Below are positions 26,139 to 41,500 of a stretch of DNA of 64,000 bases, in pieces; position 1 is the first letter of the stretch, and every line of letters starts with the position of its first letter. The position numbers and the translations under genes were made by a program. A model generated the notes under the pieces. That model made no database searches and was not told the DNA's origin. It worked only from the letters and a program-made list of their open reading frames with translations. The stretch comes from Ruditapes philippinarum. Its lineage: Eukaryota. Where the stretch lies: the NCBI RefSeq assembly GCF_026571515.1, contig NW_026859070.1, positions 620,001 through 684,000 on the forward strand, written 5' to 3'.

Positions 26139-27321
26139 TTAAGTACCGGCCCCTTTTTAAACAGTCTCTGGTGTTTAGTGCATGATTCCGTATATGTTTC
26201 ATTTACCTGTTAATTTATTGTCTTTACTGCTCAAGAATATGTTAAAGTTCAAAACAAAATATGTTTCTTCACTGATAGAAACTCGTGTTTCAATTTACAA
26301 TGTATTTTCATAAATACCACAACCACTTAACATTGTGTTTGAACAATCAATAAATTAAATGTTTTATTTCGTGTTTTAAAATTTCATGACCTCAGAGGAA
26401 TAGTCTTAACACAATTATTTATGTTTTGTTAATACTCCCTAAATAATTTAGCTTCCTTTAAAGTTTGTCTCTACACTTTTTACTTCTTATTTACAATTTG
26501 TGAAAATTCTCGATCGTGTATAATGTGAAAAGAGAAATCCGAAACTTTGCGATTAAACTTGTTAGGAAAATGAACAAAATGCTATATGTATATATCCTTG
26601 AAAATTGTTCGGAAATTAGAATCTTATTTATTTGAAGATATATCTAAAAGGGCTATTGTCAGAGCAAATAAAATATTTCCTCATGTCAGACTCCGAGATA
26701 CTTACATATTTATGAATATATTCACAATTATTTTTAAATTAGTAAAATGTTGTTAGTTGTCTCCTAGTATGACCAATTCATGAATGTAATCTGTCCATGA
26801 ATCTATTCATTAACGGAGCACTATTTCACTGGCTTAGTTCATTCGTTTTTCTGTTGACCCGTGCTTTAAATGCGTCCTCGACTTTTGTACGTGTTGTCCT
26901 AACGCACGGAAAGCGTATATTGATATCATAGAAGACGAAAAAAAAGAGGCTTTATATGACAATACACAATTTGGAAAAGTCATTTATTACAGCTCATATC
27001 TTATTCTTGAATATGGGATGAAGATGTATTAGTATCAATTTTAATATTTTGGCTGTCGGTGATTGTAGAAGATAATCTTTTATATTAAAACTGATAACTG
27101 ATTTTTTAGAGAATTTCCCAACAGAAAAATGAGTAAATGGTGTTTAATTGTTCCATCGATATTCCCGAAAAAACATAATTTTCTATTTTCTAAAGAAGCA
27201 ACCATTATTACATTATTATTGTTTGAATTCAAATGTTATGATTTTCTGTAAAATCACATAAATCATCACATGTGTTGAACGTTTGATACGTTTACAAAAC
27301 GATCAGTTTAATAGCCAATAA

Positions 27322-27560
27322 ACTTCGTCGCCTTAAGCCATACTTGTTAATACCAAGGTATAATTGTCATGTTCAACCTAACAAAAGCCTGCTTTTAGTT
27401 GCAATTTCCCGAGAGGAAATATCGGCTCTCGTGTTAACAACCTCAAAAGACACTAATCTGATCACGTCTGTTCTCATCAAGAAATTCCCTGAAGCAAAAT
27501 TTATTTGACATGTTACTAATGAGTTTACTCAAGTTGATGTGCTGTCAATTAAACACACAC
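27322..27560. repeat. Third, more diverged copy of a block also at 3061-3300 and 18587-18830
   Basis: Shared catgttcaa, aaatatcg.ct.tcgtgttaacaa.ctc, cactaatctgatca.gtctgtt, and ttactaatg. Confidence 0.8.
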
Positions 27561-28599
27561 GTCAAACTGAAAGCTTTCTTAAAACGGATTCAAAAGCTGC
27601 ACAGAAGTTCATTGAATTTATATTGAGTAAACAAAACCATAAACAAAGTATGCGTGAAAAACGAAGCACTCAGGCAATGAAACAACCATGTGCTTTGACA
27701 AGAAATATAAAGTATTTGCTTTCAAAGAAGGAGAGAGAGTTTAGAGTGATATAGATAAAGGTTCAGAAAACTATATATAAAGCACTGAATGTTCTATAAG
27801 TTCTACTTTTAAATGTTAAACAACAACGCAGCTGTGATTCTGAAGAAAGGCCAATGTTATTCAAAACACTTCCAGTTATTGTAAATACTAGCATGAATAA
27901 TTTTAAACGAAGAGACAAGAGAAAATACTACACGGTATATTAACGAAACCTACCCTAATAGTCACTTCAACAATTTATGAAGTAATATAATAGATGAAAT
28001 GCTTATTTCAAAATTTATAATATTTAATATAAACATATAAAATCATGTCAAATGTATAATAATCTGTCTTTGGATACATTTGTCATATCATCACCTTGTG
28101 GAAATTATTATTGAACGATCTGATTAAATTATACACGGCTTGAATGATTATCAGGGATAACACGTGTGTAGACACGTTCAATATTTGTCGCTATTAAATA
28201 ATGATAATAATACAGAAATATTTAAAACACACAAGAAACTGTCAAGCTATCCACTCATATAAGCAAATACCAATAAGTGAAGCCCTCTGATATTTCGCTC
28301 CAAATACGACGCAACAACTAAATAAAAAATGTCATATTTATTTTATTTAAATTCAAACTTAATGTGTATATATTTCAATATCAGTTGGATTTCCTTTTCA
28401 TATGCCTTAGGACTCAAAGCTGTAACCTAGGAAAAAGAAGGCGGATGAACGCATCGCGTTTTTCTCAAGTTAGAAAGTATTGGAATACTTTCTACTATCT
28501 GCTTCTTTAGTTTTTTGGCGCACCAACACAATATAGCTAATCTTGGGTGTTACACACTTCGAAACAACACCAGGGGTGAAAACCACCTCACCTAATGGC

Positions 28600-28690
28600 A
28601 AATAAACCCCAGGTATTCGAATCCATTTAGTTGCCTCTTACGATCACGCAGGCATGAATGGTGACACTGCATTTCCAATGCCTCAATAAC
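28600..28690 (+). mobile_element. Decayed RTE-type LINE/SINE 3' tail
   Basis: tttagttgcctcttacgatcacgca resembles the tttagtcgcctcttacgac motif of RTE-derived 3' ends. Confidence 0.4.
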
Positions 28691-29110
28691 TAAAGGCCAT
28701 CTCTCAGGCACAAATGGTCGTTTTTCTATCAAAACAATTTGTTAGATCGTTATGAATTAAGGAAATTGACAAAATGCTTCTTAAATGATAATCAGCTTCT
28801 TGTAATTATTGTGCAAGAACATGTTTAAAATTTTGTTAAAATTTCATTATCTACACTACAAATATGAACAGTATAACATGTGGACATGATATTTCAAATT
28901 ATGACAAAGCTCTGCAACGATGATTAAAATGGTGTAACCTGCAAAAGTGCAGTTTAGGAATATTGCAAAATCGTTGATAAGTCTTATTTCAAAGACAAAT
29001 GAGAAATGCTTAATTGCAATGTCCGTCAAATTAACTTTCCTGATATTTACATTAAACACTAGACAGGCTTAGGGTATGCTGATGCATTTTGTTGATTATG
29101 ATATAGTCAA

Positions 29111-29296
29111 TTAAGAGATACAATACATGAAGCAACATACAGCAAAATTGAAAATGTTTAAGGTTAAATTGATTGAGCTTTTACATGAAATTTTCAAGTG
29201 TACAAATGGAAATGTTTCAAATTCTCCAGTCTTTTGTCCTTTCTTTGTTCTTTGAATTTCCTGGTGCTTCTTGTGCCCGGGGCTGCTTTCCGCCAT
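29111..29296 (-). pseudogene. Putative first coding exon remnant (MAESSPGHKKHQEIQRTKK...), paralogous to 43053-43190
   Basis: GC-richer island, good start context (gacATGG), and peptide similarity to the paralog (HKK...I.R..K...E...FVH..I). No clear splice donor. Confidence 0.3.
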
Positions 29297-29664
29297 GTCT
29301 TGTTGATATTATTAATATTATTTTAGAGTGAATTATTATTAAGGGTGAAGACATTACGGCTGTTTGATAAAAGCCGTGCACAGCAAAACAGTGTCCGATG
29401 TCAAAAAATTAGCGACTTTAATACTGCTGTGTGTTACTTTTATAAAGTTTGTATTAATAAAATAATTATTTTGATCAGATAAATAACGTTCGTGAACATA
29501 TTTCAAACTGTTATTTCTTCTTTTATTTTTTGTTCATGCTGGCTTTCTTTATGCGATATAAATGATATCTTTGATATAGTAATACTTTGAAGGAGGTGTC
29601 TGGTAAACTCTTCCCTTGAAACGAAATTTTCTCTTAACTTGTTAAACCTTTTATAGAATTCATT

Positions 29665-29980
29665 TTGTCTGTTTATTTAAACGCATGTTTTGGTCATATT
29701 TCAGCGGTTAATCCACCCACCTAACCGACTTTTCTTGTAACAAGTAATTACTAACTTTTCCGCAAGTGACCAGCTTTTATTTTCACATGCTGTGTAATTT
29801 GGGAAAAAAATTGAATATGTTCATGTATTAATGCAATTATATGGTGCACCCAGTTTAAGGTTTGAGATAAATGGACACAGGACTCTATGTTTAAAATCAA
29901 AAGTCACGGAAAAATTACGACTCGCCTTCTGCTGGATTTCTCACCCGATGCTCTTCCTCTTCAGCTAAGTGGGTGCAGTC
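29665..29980 (-). mobile_element. Old decayed tRNA-derived SINE (Meta-like); equivalent remnant at 43540-43710
   Basis: Plus strand reads tgtttattt...ggtcatat...gcgg...acctaacc...ttccgcaagtgacc..., resembling the reverse strand of bivalve SINEs. It occupies the same position in both duplicated blocks. Confidence 0.4.
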
Positions 29981-32800
29981 ATCATACTCAAGAAAAGTGT
30001 TCACACGTTTACATCCAATATTAGACGAGAAATTTAAACACACTTGAAATTGTCTACACCAGCAGGCACAGATACAAACATTTATTAGCTGGCTTTCGTT
30101 TTTTTATGAAAATACTTTTAATATTTTATGCTTTTGAGCCGGATCAAATAGCCGGATAAAATATAAAGTGGGTTTTGGACAACATTCAGAGCAAAGCTAC
30201 AGCAACAACAATTTGATTTAGTCTACCAAAATAGGCACTGATTAAAGTAGATTTAAGGAAATTTTGTGTAATTATTGAGCATGTGATAGCTACATGCTAT
30301 TAAACATTGAAATTCAAGATGATATGCATCCTTTGAACAATTGTGATACTGTGACAAAAAAAGTGTGATTCCACAAATTACGGCTTGAAAAGGGTACTTG
30401 ACATTTAAGCGCATTTGCGTTATCTTTTACCATTAAAATATGTTGAAGTTTAGAAAGTTAATAATTTAGTAAGTTCTACACCTTGACAGTAAACAGAGCG
30501 GCTTAACTTGATATATTCCTACTCGAGATGAAAAATTAGTAAATGTCACCGAGCAATTTTGCAATTCTGCACGAAAGTTTCTGTAAAAACAGACGTCAAC
30601 TGAGTGTCTAACATTTGAAATAGATAACAAGGCGTTCTGGTGATTTAACGTGATGATTTAAAATATATATAAATTCAAACAGTTTTATGTCACTAAACGC
30701 ATAAAACTTTTAGCTAAGAATATTTTTCTTCTCTCTTTTTCTTTTCTATTATCCACTTTTTTTGTAGGCCGTTTTTATTAAAATTATTTAATTTATACTA
30801 GGTTCGAATAAATAGAAATACTTATAGCCAAATACTTTATGATAAAAAAAATATGCGCCAATTTCGACGCACATATTTTGAAATAAATTTAAAGCTTTTC
30901 AAGGGGCTTATTCAGCATCCTTAGAAAAGCAAATTAGAATTAAGAAAGCTGACACAAAAAGTGTGTATATTCAAAATGTTTCATATTACATTTACATCCG
31001 CTGAAACTAGAAACAAAACTAGCGAATTTATACCATATAAATTACATTAATGCATGAAGACATTCATTTTTTTCCATTTCCAACTCATTTGACCTAAACA
31101 AAATACGAGCGGGCGTCATAATTTTTGGTGACTCGGTCGGTTGCAACGAATTTGCTCGTTTGAACCAAATATGCAACCATTTCACGTCCCGTTCCCTGAT
31201 AATGTTTGTTTTTCAAAATAGAGAGAAAGATTTATAAAACCTGTTGATCAAATTTTTTACATGAACCCTTTTCAGAGCCCCATAAAGTAAATATAATGAT
31301 TTTTGTTCGTTCGAGCTAGAAAAAAAAAAGAAAATTATTCATGAGTTTTATAATCAAGCAAAAATAAAAAGAAACCCATGTAATTTGTCTGATTTAAACT
31401 CAGTTGTGTACTCTCAAAAGTACATATCCGTCACGTCAGATCACATAATTATGTTTTGGGCTTTAGACTAATAAACATGTATATACAAATGTGTGAGTCT
31501 ATGAATTATTAATGAGTTTTGACATCAGGCGCTAGCATACTGTGAAAGTAATTTTTCAAACGCTCATTTCGTCCGCCCCTTACTAGAAAAACAATTTCTA
31601 TTGCCGATTATTATCTTTCATACAATGTAAGAAGTCAGGATTACAAATTTGCATGGTGTGTTAACCAAACAAAACAAATCAATATTGATACACACATTCA
31701 CCAGGTATCCAGATAAAAAAGAGAACGAATGGACTACAGCTATGCAAAAATTATTTATAACGTGAGTATATAAAGTACATATAGTCCAGCTAGATATACG
31801 CAATGACCACAGTTTTTTGTGAAAATTTTAAATCATCTCGGATGCTAGCTGGAGTAACAAAGTAATGTAATATTCAAAAGAAAGTGTACCTAGCATAAGG
31901 TGAATATAATTTGTATTTCGGCATGTTTGAAACAAACTTGGTATATATCTATACCTTTTGCAGTAGGACAAATTAGTAGATTTCCCGAACGTATTATAAC
32001 ATAGAATGTTTTTCTTATTTAACACACTTAACATATTCCGGAACAAAATAGAAGAGTTTTAGCCATTGAGCAATTATTTCCTGTACGTGCCAATCATTCT
32101 TAAAAGATATTTCCAAACATATTTACAGTAATTCAAGAAGAATTAATTTCCAAATTTTAAAATAAACAGCGTATATGTAGCTTTATACAAGAAGCTGGCT
32201 AACGACAGCGCAACGACGATAGCTTAAAAGGTCGTGTCTTGGAACGCAGTGCACAAGTGAGCTAAACTAATATTTTTCTTAAATCTGTAAATAATGAAAT
32301 TTTAGTTGCAATAAATATCGTAAATAAAGTTTATTAGTTTTATAACTTATCATTTCAAGAAAAATGTTACATGCATCTACTTAAAGGATTGCAGTCCTTT
32401 ATGACAAAAGATTGTTGACTCAAGCATTGTAGAAAGACATACAAAATGCATCCAACTAAGCTTTTGAAACTGTTTTAATTCGAAATTGATTAACGCTGAA
32501 CGACCGATTTCGTAATGAACCTTCTCCACATTGACTTATCCAAGCCAGGAAACTTGCATTAAATTTTTTTAAAAACTGCCACGTTAACCCTATACGGATA
32601 AAAAAACAAAACACAAAAACAAAGTTATAAATGGAAATTCAGATGAGGCACGTGTGTAGAGAAAATATTAATAAAGAGTACGGACACCCGACTTTGTTAT
32701 CTGCGCAAGGCAACAATGCAAACTTGTTTTACGTATTTTTCCCTAATACGCAAACAGTTTATGACATACGAGTATAAAGTTAACGAATACATAAGTTCAA

Positions 32801-35598
32801 CAGCCATTCTCCCATAATTGAAGCACTTTTGGTTCACAAAAAATGAAAAATCTGACTTTCATAAACAACGATTTCTATGATTTGCTTTTAATATTCAATA
32901 CCTTGGACAGATTGTGTGGAAGTTTAACACACACCATTTGCTCCGTTTGTATACTGAAAGCTTTTGAATTTAGTTACTGAATTACATTGTTACGGAACAT
33001 ATATATATACCATAGGAATTACTTTGCAGGTATTGTTTTACTAAGATTTTAAATTAAACAATCCAAAAGAATATGCATTGTAAAGGTGAAGACAAATGGT
33101 TAAATTTAGCAATAATATGTTATGCCATATCTTATTCTGAAGCTTGTATACTTCGTATTTGAAAAGCTTGTATAAGCAAATATTTTCGTAACTTAAGATT
33201 GACATTGTTTCGATACAATGCACAAACAAATACTGTCATAAAAGTTATCGAATTATATCTTAAAAAGAAGCAGAAAACAAATCAAGCATAACTTTTAATC
33301 GGTGTAACGTTACCAAAAAAACTTCGCCTCACAAATGATCATCAAACAGACCTTATGATCTGTTACGGAACATAGGTGAAAAATTATAAAACATAGGATT
33401 TATAACTCAATATTTTCACTCTTTAACATTACTTAAACAATTTAAATGTGGTATCTTCACAAACAACATCAATCATAAAACACTGTATCAATTAAAAATA
33501 ACATCAAAAGTTTCATTTAGTGAGTAGTGCAGGAAAAGATATCTGTTACGGAACATATGTTATGGAAAATAAAATATTATGTTTTTCACTGAAAAGAACA
33601 AGAATTCTTTTTTTTTTCACTTTTATTTGCTTTATTTCTGCCTAATTTACACAAATTTGTTGAAATGTTATAACGTTTCATGTAATTTCCTCTACATTTT
33701 CTTCACCAGCGCTTTTTCTTTTTTGAATGGGAACATAATTTTTTCTGCTTTCTTTCTCTTTTAAATGATTTGTTGTTTTCCCCTCTCTGCTTTGTCTCCT
33801 GTATTTCTGTTTTTAAAAGCACCATTCTAAAATAGAAAATCGTTGCTTATTATAAATTTATTAACCTTGATACATGAACATCATTAAAATAATTATTTTT
33901 GTCATGATTATTATTAAAATAACAATTAACAATTATCATCATTTTTATCATTATAACATTAATATCATTATTAATATTACTTTTTTTCATGATAATTGTA
34001 ATTCTAAAACTTTTAGATAATGTAAGTGACATAATGATACAATTTTGGTATTTTATAAATAGTAAAAAAACATAAGAAATCATATTCAAATATATCATTT
34101 ATGAATGCTATGTTCCGTAACAAATATGATATGTTCCGTAACGGAAAACTGCAACCTTACAACACAATACAAATCATGTTAGACTTCCAGTTAATATTGG
34201 ACACCATTTTCATATATCTTTATAATGAAAAAACACACTGGAACAGTTTTTATAAACAAACTGAATATATGTATTATGGTGCTAAAAAAAGATGATAGAA
34301 GACTATGCTTCCGTAACAAATTGCCTTTGACTATTTGATAATCTGTGCACTTCTTTTTCATCGAAATATGTGTTCCATGTTTGAAACCAATCATTCATTT
34401 CAAATTGTTAAATAACTATGGATAAAGTACATATATGACATCAGATTATAATCTCAAAATAATTAACTATGTTCCGTAACAAATGTTTCAAACAGGTAAA
34501 AAAAAAATATAAATAGCACCAACTTGCTACTTTCGACTCTGTGGCTTGCTGAAAATAAAGCTTGCAATTGATTTTTATCAGTAAAATTTCTCGTGTAAGT
34601 AACATAATTGTGAAAACATCGTTATCAAATCAAAAACAGTGGTTGCGTAAATAAAGTACAGTGATTGCCAATTACCTCCAGTTGCCTAATTGTATCATAA
34701 AAGTCAATTAAGATGTTGCATGCATACCTCTTAGTGACGTATCATTGGGAGCGGTGATAGGCAAAAAATTCACACCGTCAATTGAACCGTATATTGTACC
34801 GAAATTCGGATGATCGTTTTGTTACGGAAAATAGTCGTTATGGAAACATAGTGAAATTCGACTTCTACGGGTCAGAATTATCACATTTTTGTGCAAACAA
34901 CATCTCATTTTGGTGTTTTTCATTTAAAGAAATACAAAACAATATTTTAATTTTTTTATTTGATTGGTATAATGTATATTTAAAAGTATACGCCCGTTAC
35001 GGAGGCATAGCATTTTAAACGCGACATTTGAATTATTTACAATAAAACGGTTTGTGTTAAAATGTATCATCGCAGGAGTCTAATTTATCAATTTTATTCC
35101 AAATATAGTCTTTTGATATTGTTTTGAGTACAAATTTAAAAGAATATAACGCATCTCAAGATCGTTACATTCCAGTTTAAAATCGTTACGGTACCATAGT
35201 TGCATTTCGGCGACGGCAGCATTTAAAGAAAATCATGGAAAATAAGGGTCTCTGTCTCGAACTTCTTATGTAATTCTTAATCTATTATCAATACTGTATT
35301 GATTTTAGGCAAAAACTTGTTGGAAAACATAGAAATGGATTGTTTTTTTCACCAATCTTAAACTTTAATTGGTCAAGCGACAGCGCTTTTTTGCAGTTAC
35401 TATAGCTTTTCAGTTTAACACAAATGAAAAACGAGGAGCATCCACACTACAAAATTTAAGTTAAGCTGCTAAGAACATCCCAGTGTACTTATTTAAATGT
35501 TTGTCACAAAGGATTAAGCTCGTCTGTACATTTTACTACGATTTTAAAAGTGGAGACAGGAATTATTAAAAAGTGCTTCAATTATAGGAGAATGGCTG
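32801..35598. mobile_element. Non-autonomous TIR DNA transposon with 4-bp TSD (Sola-like, tentative)
   Basis: ~30-bp TIR CAGCCATTCTCCCATAATTGAAGCACTTTT / AAAAGTGCTTCAATTATAGGAGAATGGCTG (1 mismatch). TCAA on both flanks (32797-32800, 35599-35602). About 10 internal GTTACGGAACATA-type motifs. No intact ORF. Confidence 0.8.
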
Positions 35599-38500
35599 TC
35601 AAGTCAGTCTTCTATCACAGGGTTCCTTACAGTATGCACACTGTACTAGTTTGCGACAAGCTTTCACACAAACAGATAATTTGTAAATGCTATATAGAAA
35701 ATCATTTCCTGTTAAAATTCCCAAGATAGCATAACTTAAGGTGTGATGGAAATATAACATAGAATTTTCCTAACTCGAGCTTTTCTGAAGCTAAATACCA
35801 GCATATATCGCAGACTTAACACAATAAATTTATTAAAAAATTAATTTTTACCTCGAACTGACATTTCAGATTTAAATAAAACTAAAATCAGATTTGGGTT
35901 CCTTCATATAAAGTGGTATAAATGTAAAATGAAAACTTACATTTATAAGACAAATCGACTTTTAAAGAGCGCAGTCCACGATTTGACGGATTAAACACTT
36001 AATGAAATTGTAAACAAAATACTTTTTTCTTTATTTAACAATGCATTTAGGAATTTATCTTGTAAAATATCTTAAACTTCATATATGCTCGGCGGACAAA
36101 GTATTTAGATGCAAAAGTATTAGTCATAATTGTTGTTGTAGTGTATTCGAGTGAGGACAGAAAATCAATGCATACTATTCCCTTAACCATCCCTAGCGCA
36201 TTCAACTAACATGCGCTAATAGGATAAGCAAGTGAAATAGAGTATTAAAAAGTCATTTTCAAGAAATATTATTATTTTATCCTTCTTACCAGTAATATTG
36301 ATTTCATAATTTATGTCAAATTTATTTGTTTTGTCATACATAATAATATTGATAGGTCCGTTTGGACAATGTTTGACAATATAGCCTCTTTTCATCGTTC
36401 TACATTTTCAGATTTATTAGATAAAATATTTCGTATACTACTAAACACCAATTGAGGCAGTTGTTTAATCTATTTCTTAAGCTATACCGAGTGAAGAGCA
36501 AATATCATGAATCAGGTATTACGAATTTGTTACACGACAATAAATTAAAAGTACGCATTATTTTATAACAAAGGGTTGCATGTTATGTTTTAATAAAACA
36601 CTTTTGTATTAAGTAGAGGAACTAAGCAAAGCAACCCTGACAATTCCGTTTTCCACAAATGAGATATTGCCTGGTCAAGGGCAATGAAATACGTGAATAT
36701 GATAAGAGTTGAACCTCTCATATAAAACGGTTCTAAATATCTTAATAGGATAATATGTATTCTTAGTGTTAGCATACTATTCAATTCAATCGTCTCTTGA
36801 TATTCTCTACCTGAATAATATAGAAAATATCTTCCTCCCTTGACAATAAATTCTAAGTTAATACATTTTATGGAAAAAATGACGTGATAGAATAATCGGA
36901 TTACGGCTTTATTTCTCTGAGGAAATTTCTAAATCGTTTGTGTGACATATCGCTAATTAATGACTACACAGAGAGTCTAATTTTGCTAAGGGCAATCATT
37001 CAGCATTACATTTAAGCTCGGAGCTCTATGATTATTTAGCAGTGTTTATTGTAAAAGTTATTTCGTAAATTTACCAATGAGATCTTTCTGAATTGACAAA
37101 AGCAAACTAAACCGTATATGAAGTTCGGTGCTTTTGTTGAATCCATGAACATTCGAGTACTTGGTTTTACATCATGCTGAACAAACAACATATTTGTCAA
37201 GTAATATAAGTCAACTTTCGCTTAACTTTTAATGTATCTTTGAACTGATAGTTATTATATTAACACAACTGGATGCGTTTCCTGAATGTTACGGATGTTG
37301 CAAATCTTGCTCAATATTATTTTTCATTATTAACACGCACATCATAATTACAATTGACTTAACCGATATAATTGAATTAATAGATAGGACTATACATAAA
37401 AAGGTTCAATGATCAATCAAATAAAGTGATCTCTTATGCTGAAATTAAAATTGCAGCTGACGTTATGTAAAACTACCCTTTCTTGCTGATTGTGTTTTTC
37501 ATATTTCTTACTGGTACATTTCAAGATCAGTCTGACATTAATTCTTATCTAACCATATTAAATGGGAGAAGGGCTTACATTTATACATACTATTTGCCTG
37601 TCAATAAGAATGTAATTGAGATGTTCAAACATATTTCTGAAAGAAATCTTTGAAGTGACAAGCTACGCTTACAAATTATGTTTTAAGAACTGAGCTGTTT
37701 CAAGAAAATATATTTTAAAACCAAATTGTTTATATAATTAAACGAGTAGTATATGTTTCAGATGATAAACAAAATATAATTTACTCATTGATTAAGTAAA
37801 AAAGGTATTTTATTAGAATAACCTTATTTCCAAATAAATTAAATCAATAGATTAATATATTATCATACAAAATAGGAAACATATCTTTTCTCCTCAGTTA
37901 ACGAATTGTCTGGAAGATGCTTTATCAAGGCCCTCATAGGACTGAGAATACTTAGGCAATTTCCCTATATGTTGTTTCAGAGCTCACTAGTCATAGTTAT
38001 AAGACGTTTATATACGAGGAACACTCACTTTAAAGCATATAGATTCATATTTATGACAAAAAGCGCCATTTGATGCTTGAGTTTTTGTTTTGGTACCGGT
38101 ATAATGAATCTCAAAGGTCAGTGAAGTAGATGAATTTAAAATATTTACCAATGTTTTATATTGTAAGCATTTCCAGTTTCGCTATCCTAAGATGTTTCTA
38201 TTAAAAGATAATATTGACTCTTACTTCATAAGTTATATTGTTACGGAGAACAATTAAATGGTGTGTTATGTAATTAAAATCAAAATCATTGATATAAATT
38301 GTGCTTATATACTTTAATTCCTTAATGCATTGTCGTACTATCGCAGAGTATAGTATATGTATTTCGAAAGCTTATGTTTATAATAATTAACGTTAAAAAG
38401 AAAAGCAAATTTTCTTGGTTTTTATTTCATAACTCATAAGTGCATGTTGAGTAATCATATTGTTAATCCATATGAAAATAGACATCATCTTCAATGATTT

Positions 38501-41500
38501 ACAAATGATTATTGCTAGAAGTGTAAGAATAACAATAAAATCACATTGGTAATTTATGATTGCCTACTTTTACAAGAGTACATGACCTTCAAAAATTCAG
38601 GATACTTGATACCAGACAGACATAAGAGTGTCTGAGTAAGTCTTACGAGTGTTTGTTTATTTGGCATTTATTTGTATCAGTACAACATCAGAATCTTCCG
38701 AATAAAAGTATTATACCTGAATGAAATATAAGCTTAATATTTACAGGTACTTATCACGTCTAGGTCGTATAACTAGATTAAGCTGGGAGAAAATTGTTTA
38801 ATATCATAAAACCCTTGACATAGCATTCCATTCCGAACTCATATGACACTTACAACAACAGACATGCAGAATTTGAAAATCAAGTAAATGAGAACGGGGA
38901 CTGAACTTTTGCTTGTAAAAACATCTATCGGGCAATTTAAAAAATATTTAAATTGTCCGTTATTTTATTTGATTAGACTGAAAAAAATAATTAAAACCTT
39001 GTTTTGTAAGAATATAGCATCTTGTACTTTCTTCACGTGTTGTAATAGTTCATTTGTGTAAATAATACATTGACATATAGATTCATTGCTTAACATGTCC
39101 TTACATGCCGATTCCTTTGCATGGCATTGGCACATTATCAATGTATTTGTTAGCTACATAATAACAAATTTTAATCAAAGGAATTAAAATCTTTGCTCTG
39201 ACATTACAATATCTTATTCGACAAGAATACGGATATGTATTTAAAATCTTAACAGTTATAATTGCTAGTATTCCCATCTTTTTTTTCATTCAAAAAGTTG
39301 TCAGTTGTCAAAAGTTGATCATTTCAATTTTATAACAATAGTGGATTAAGCGCTGGAAAAAGATTTAATGAAGCCGTGTTGGACTGAATTTCCCTTTTTT
39401 ATATTCGTTATATTCAACTGTTCTAAGTTTCGATATATACATAGTCTTCATTAACCAAGTTTAGTTGATCATCTTTAAACTTAACCAAACAATAAAATGA
39501 ACCAAACTTGGTCATTGCAGTATCATAGGCTTTTTCGAATTAAACTTTTATAAAAATATATGATTTTATAACTTTAAATTACCTAAAATTTGATTCTATA
39601 ACTTTAAAGTACCTAACACCTTTCTAATTTGATACTTGTTTGCCAAGTACTTAAAGCACAACATGTTTAAGCGTGTATGCCAAAATATCGTGTTTTTTTT
39701 TTAGAATTTCACTTCTCCTTGTAAATAATTGATGTGAAACGTAAGGACTTTGTCATTTAAAACTGTAATTTCATTATCTTAATGTCATAGTGCTACAATC
39801 GCTCCAGTGCGTATCAACTTGGGAACTCCTAGCAAGTAAAAAGGACATTTTAAGATTTGAGCAGTATGTGTTGAAAAACTAAGTTCAAGTCGTCTTTAAT
39901 AATTCAGAAACTATTCCATGCTGTGTTTCCTCCTTCTGATGACGCTTTCCTTTGCAAAAATGATTCCTATGCCCTGGAATCTATCTTGTGTTTTTCTTAA
40001 ATGCAGAGCCAGATGCAGGTCAGATATTGTGTTGAATTTGTTACTAACTGGAGATTAAATATGTCTATATGCTGCATTAGTTGGAATTTTTTGAGGCTTT
40101 TAGACATGACGGGTATAAAATTAAATTTTGGGGATTAATGTTTCATCTGATATTGGTCAAGACCAATTATTCAAAGCATTCGCTCAATCCATTTTTCTTG
40201 AAGAATGATTATTCAAATTGCGAAAAAAAATTATCAAAAGTAAAAAGCGTTGCAACACTTTTCACTAAAGTCTGGCTAAGTATAGCAAAAATACGATTTT
40301 CAATTTGTTTCTGAGTAAATATCGTAATAATCTTATGCATATATTTTGTTTTAAGGTACCCCGGTTACTCTGTGCAAAATTAGTCAAAATTGTGTTTATG
40401 TTTCTGAATCATTAAATAGCTTCTTACATTCGTTGTATAATTCAATTTTAAGGCAGTATTGCTGCCCTAGCCTATATCCGATGTTTGAAATGAAAAAAAA
40501 AAAATATGTATTTAATATTTATGTGTTTAAACATGAATGAAAACGTGTCCAATAAACTGTGAATTTTATGTGGCCATGTTTTTGTTTTTCACTGGTATGA
40601 TACTCACACTTCTGTGTATGTTCGGCTTCTTTGAATTTATGTGAAATGCATCCCTTTCATACCTGTCATGGTGTATTAATTTAAAATAATGTCCCCTATA
40701 CAGTTCTATGTGATATTTCTTTTCTCATGACTCGGTTATTACAAACATTGGCTAATTTATCTAAGACAGGTGTGCACATCTACTCTCTGTCACTTTCGGA
40801 AACAGGAAACTAATTTAGTTATTTGTTAGCTTTCCAAACACCTTTGAAGAAGGCAGGCGGCGAGTGAAGATGTGGGCAATAAGAAGGCAACATAAATACA
40901 GTTTTAACTTTCTTTCTATATACTAGTAACAGGGAATGTCGAGTAAATAGGTCGTTGTGTTTTCTTTGAAAATATCGAGAAAAATATAACAGTGTTCAGT
41001 GTTGAACATTTGCTGGACGTTTTAATGGGACATTTGTTCTTTAATCACCCTAAATCGGAGATTGCTTACAAACGGAGAGTGCATATGAAATAACATGGGA
41101 AACACACACTTACTACAAGATAGTTGTTAAAGTTATTTTTAGAGCTAACCGTAATCATTTTGTAAGCAGTTGTGTCATACATACAAGTGTTTTGTAAAAA
41201 ATAGTTTTAATGCTTAACCACAACTTCTCTCATCAGTGATCAGTTTTTTTTAAATTATGACTTTATTTCTAAAGATGCAATGAATAATAATATACTAAGT
41301 GTGCATAGTAATATCATTTAACTATCCTCGTAAAAGTACAAGTCTAAACGGCATAAACAAGTGTTTGTATCATTTACATGAGTATGCCTGAAATTTAAGC
41401 AGCATTTATTGTGGAAAAAAGTAAAAGACTATCAACAAAATTTATTACAGAATAACGTTTAATTGTTTAACATAAAACTTTAAGGACGAGTTCTTAGCTC

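Larger units (their letters stand above)
28930..39020. repeat. Older segmental duplication, copy A (patchy paralogy to 42830-47220)
   Basis: Collinear anchors: tgatatttacatt, ttcttgtgcc, gatgtcaaa, atcagataaataacgt, acggcttgaaaa, aacttgatatattcctact, gttcgttcgagct, gaagtcaggat, taagtgcatgttgagtaa, ttggcatttatt, tgaatgaaatataagctt, taagaatatag. Long unshared stretch at about 31.7-38.2 kb. Confidence 0.8.

Noticed and set aside
33579-34394. Short ORFs in the AT-rich centre of the Sola-like element, and most other 60-90 aa ORFs in the track
   Set aside because: Low-complexity F/I/L/N/K-rich translations expected by chance in very AT-rich DNA.
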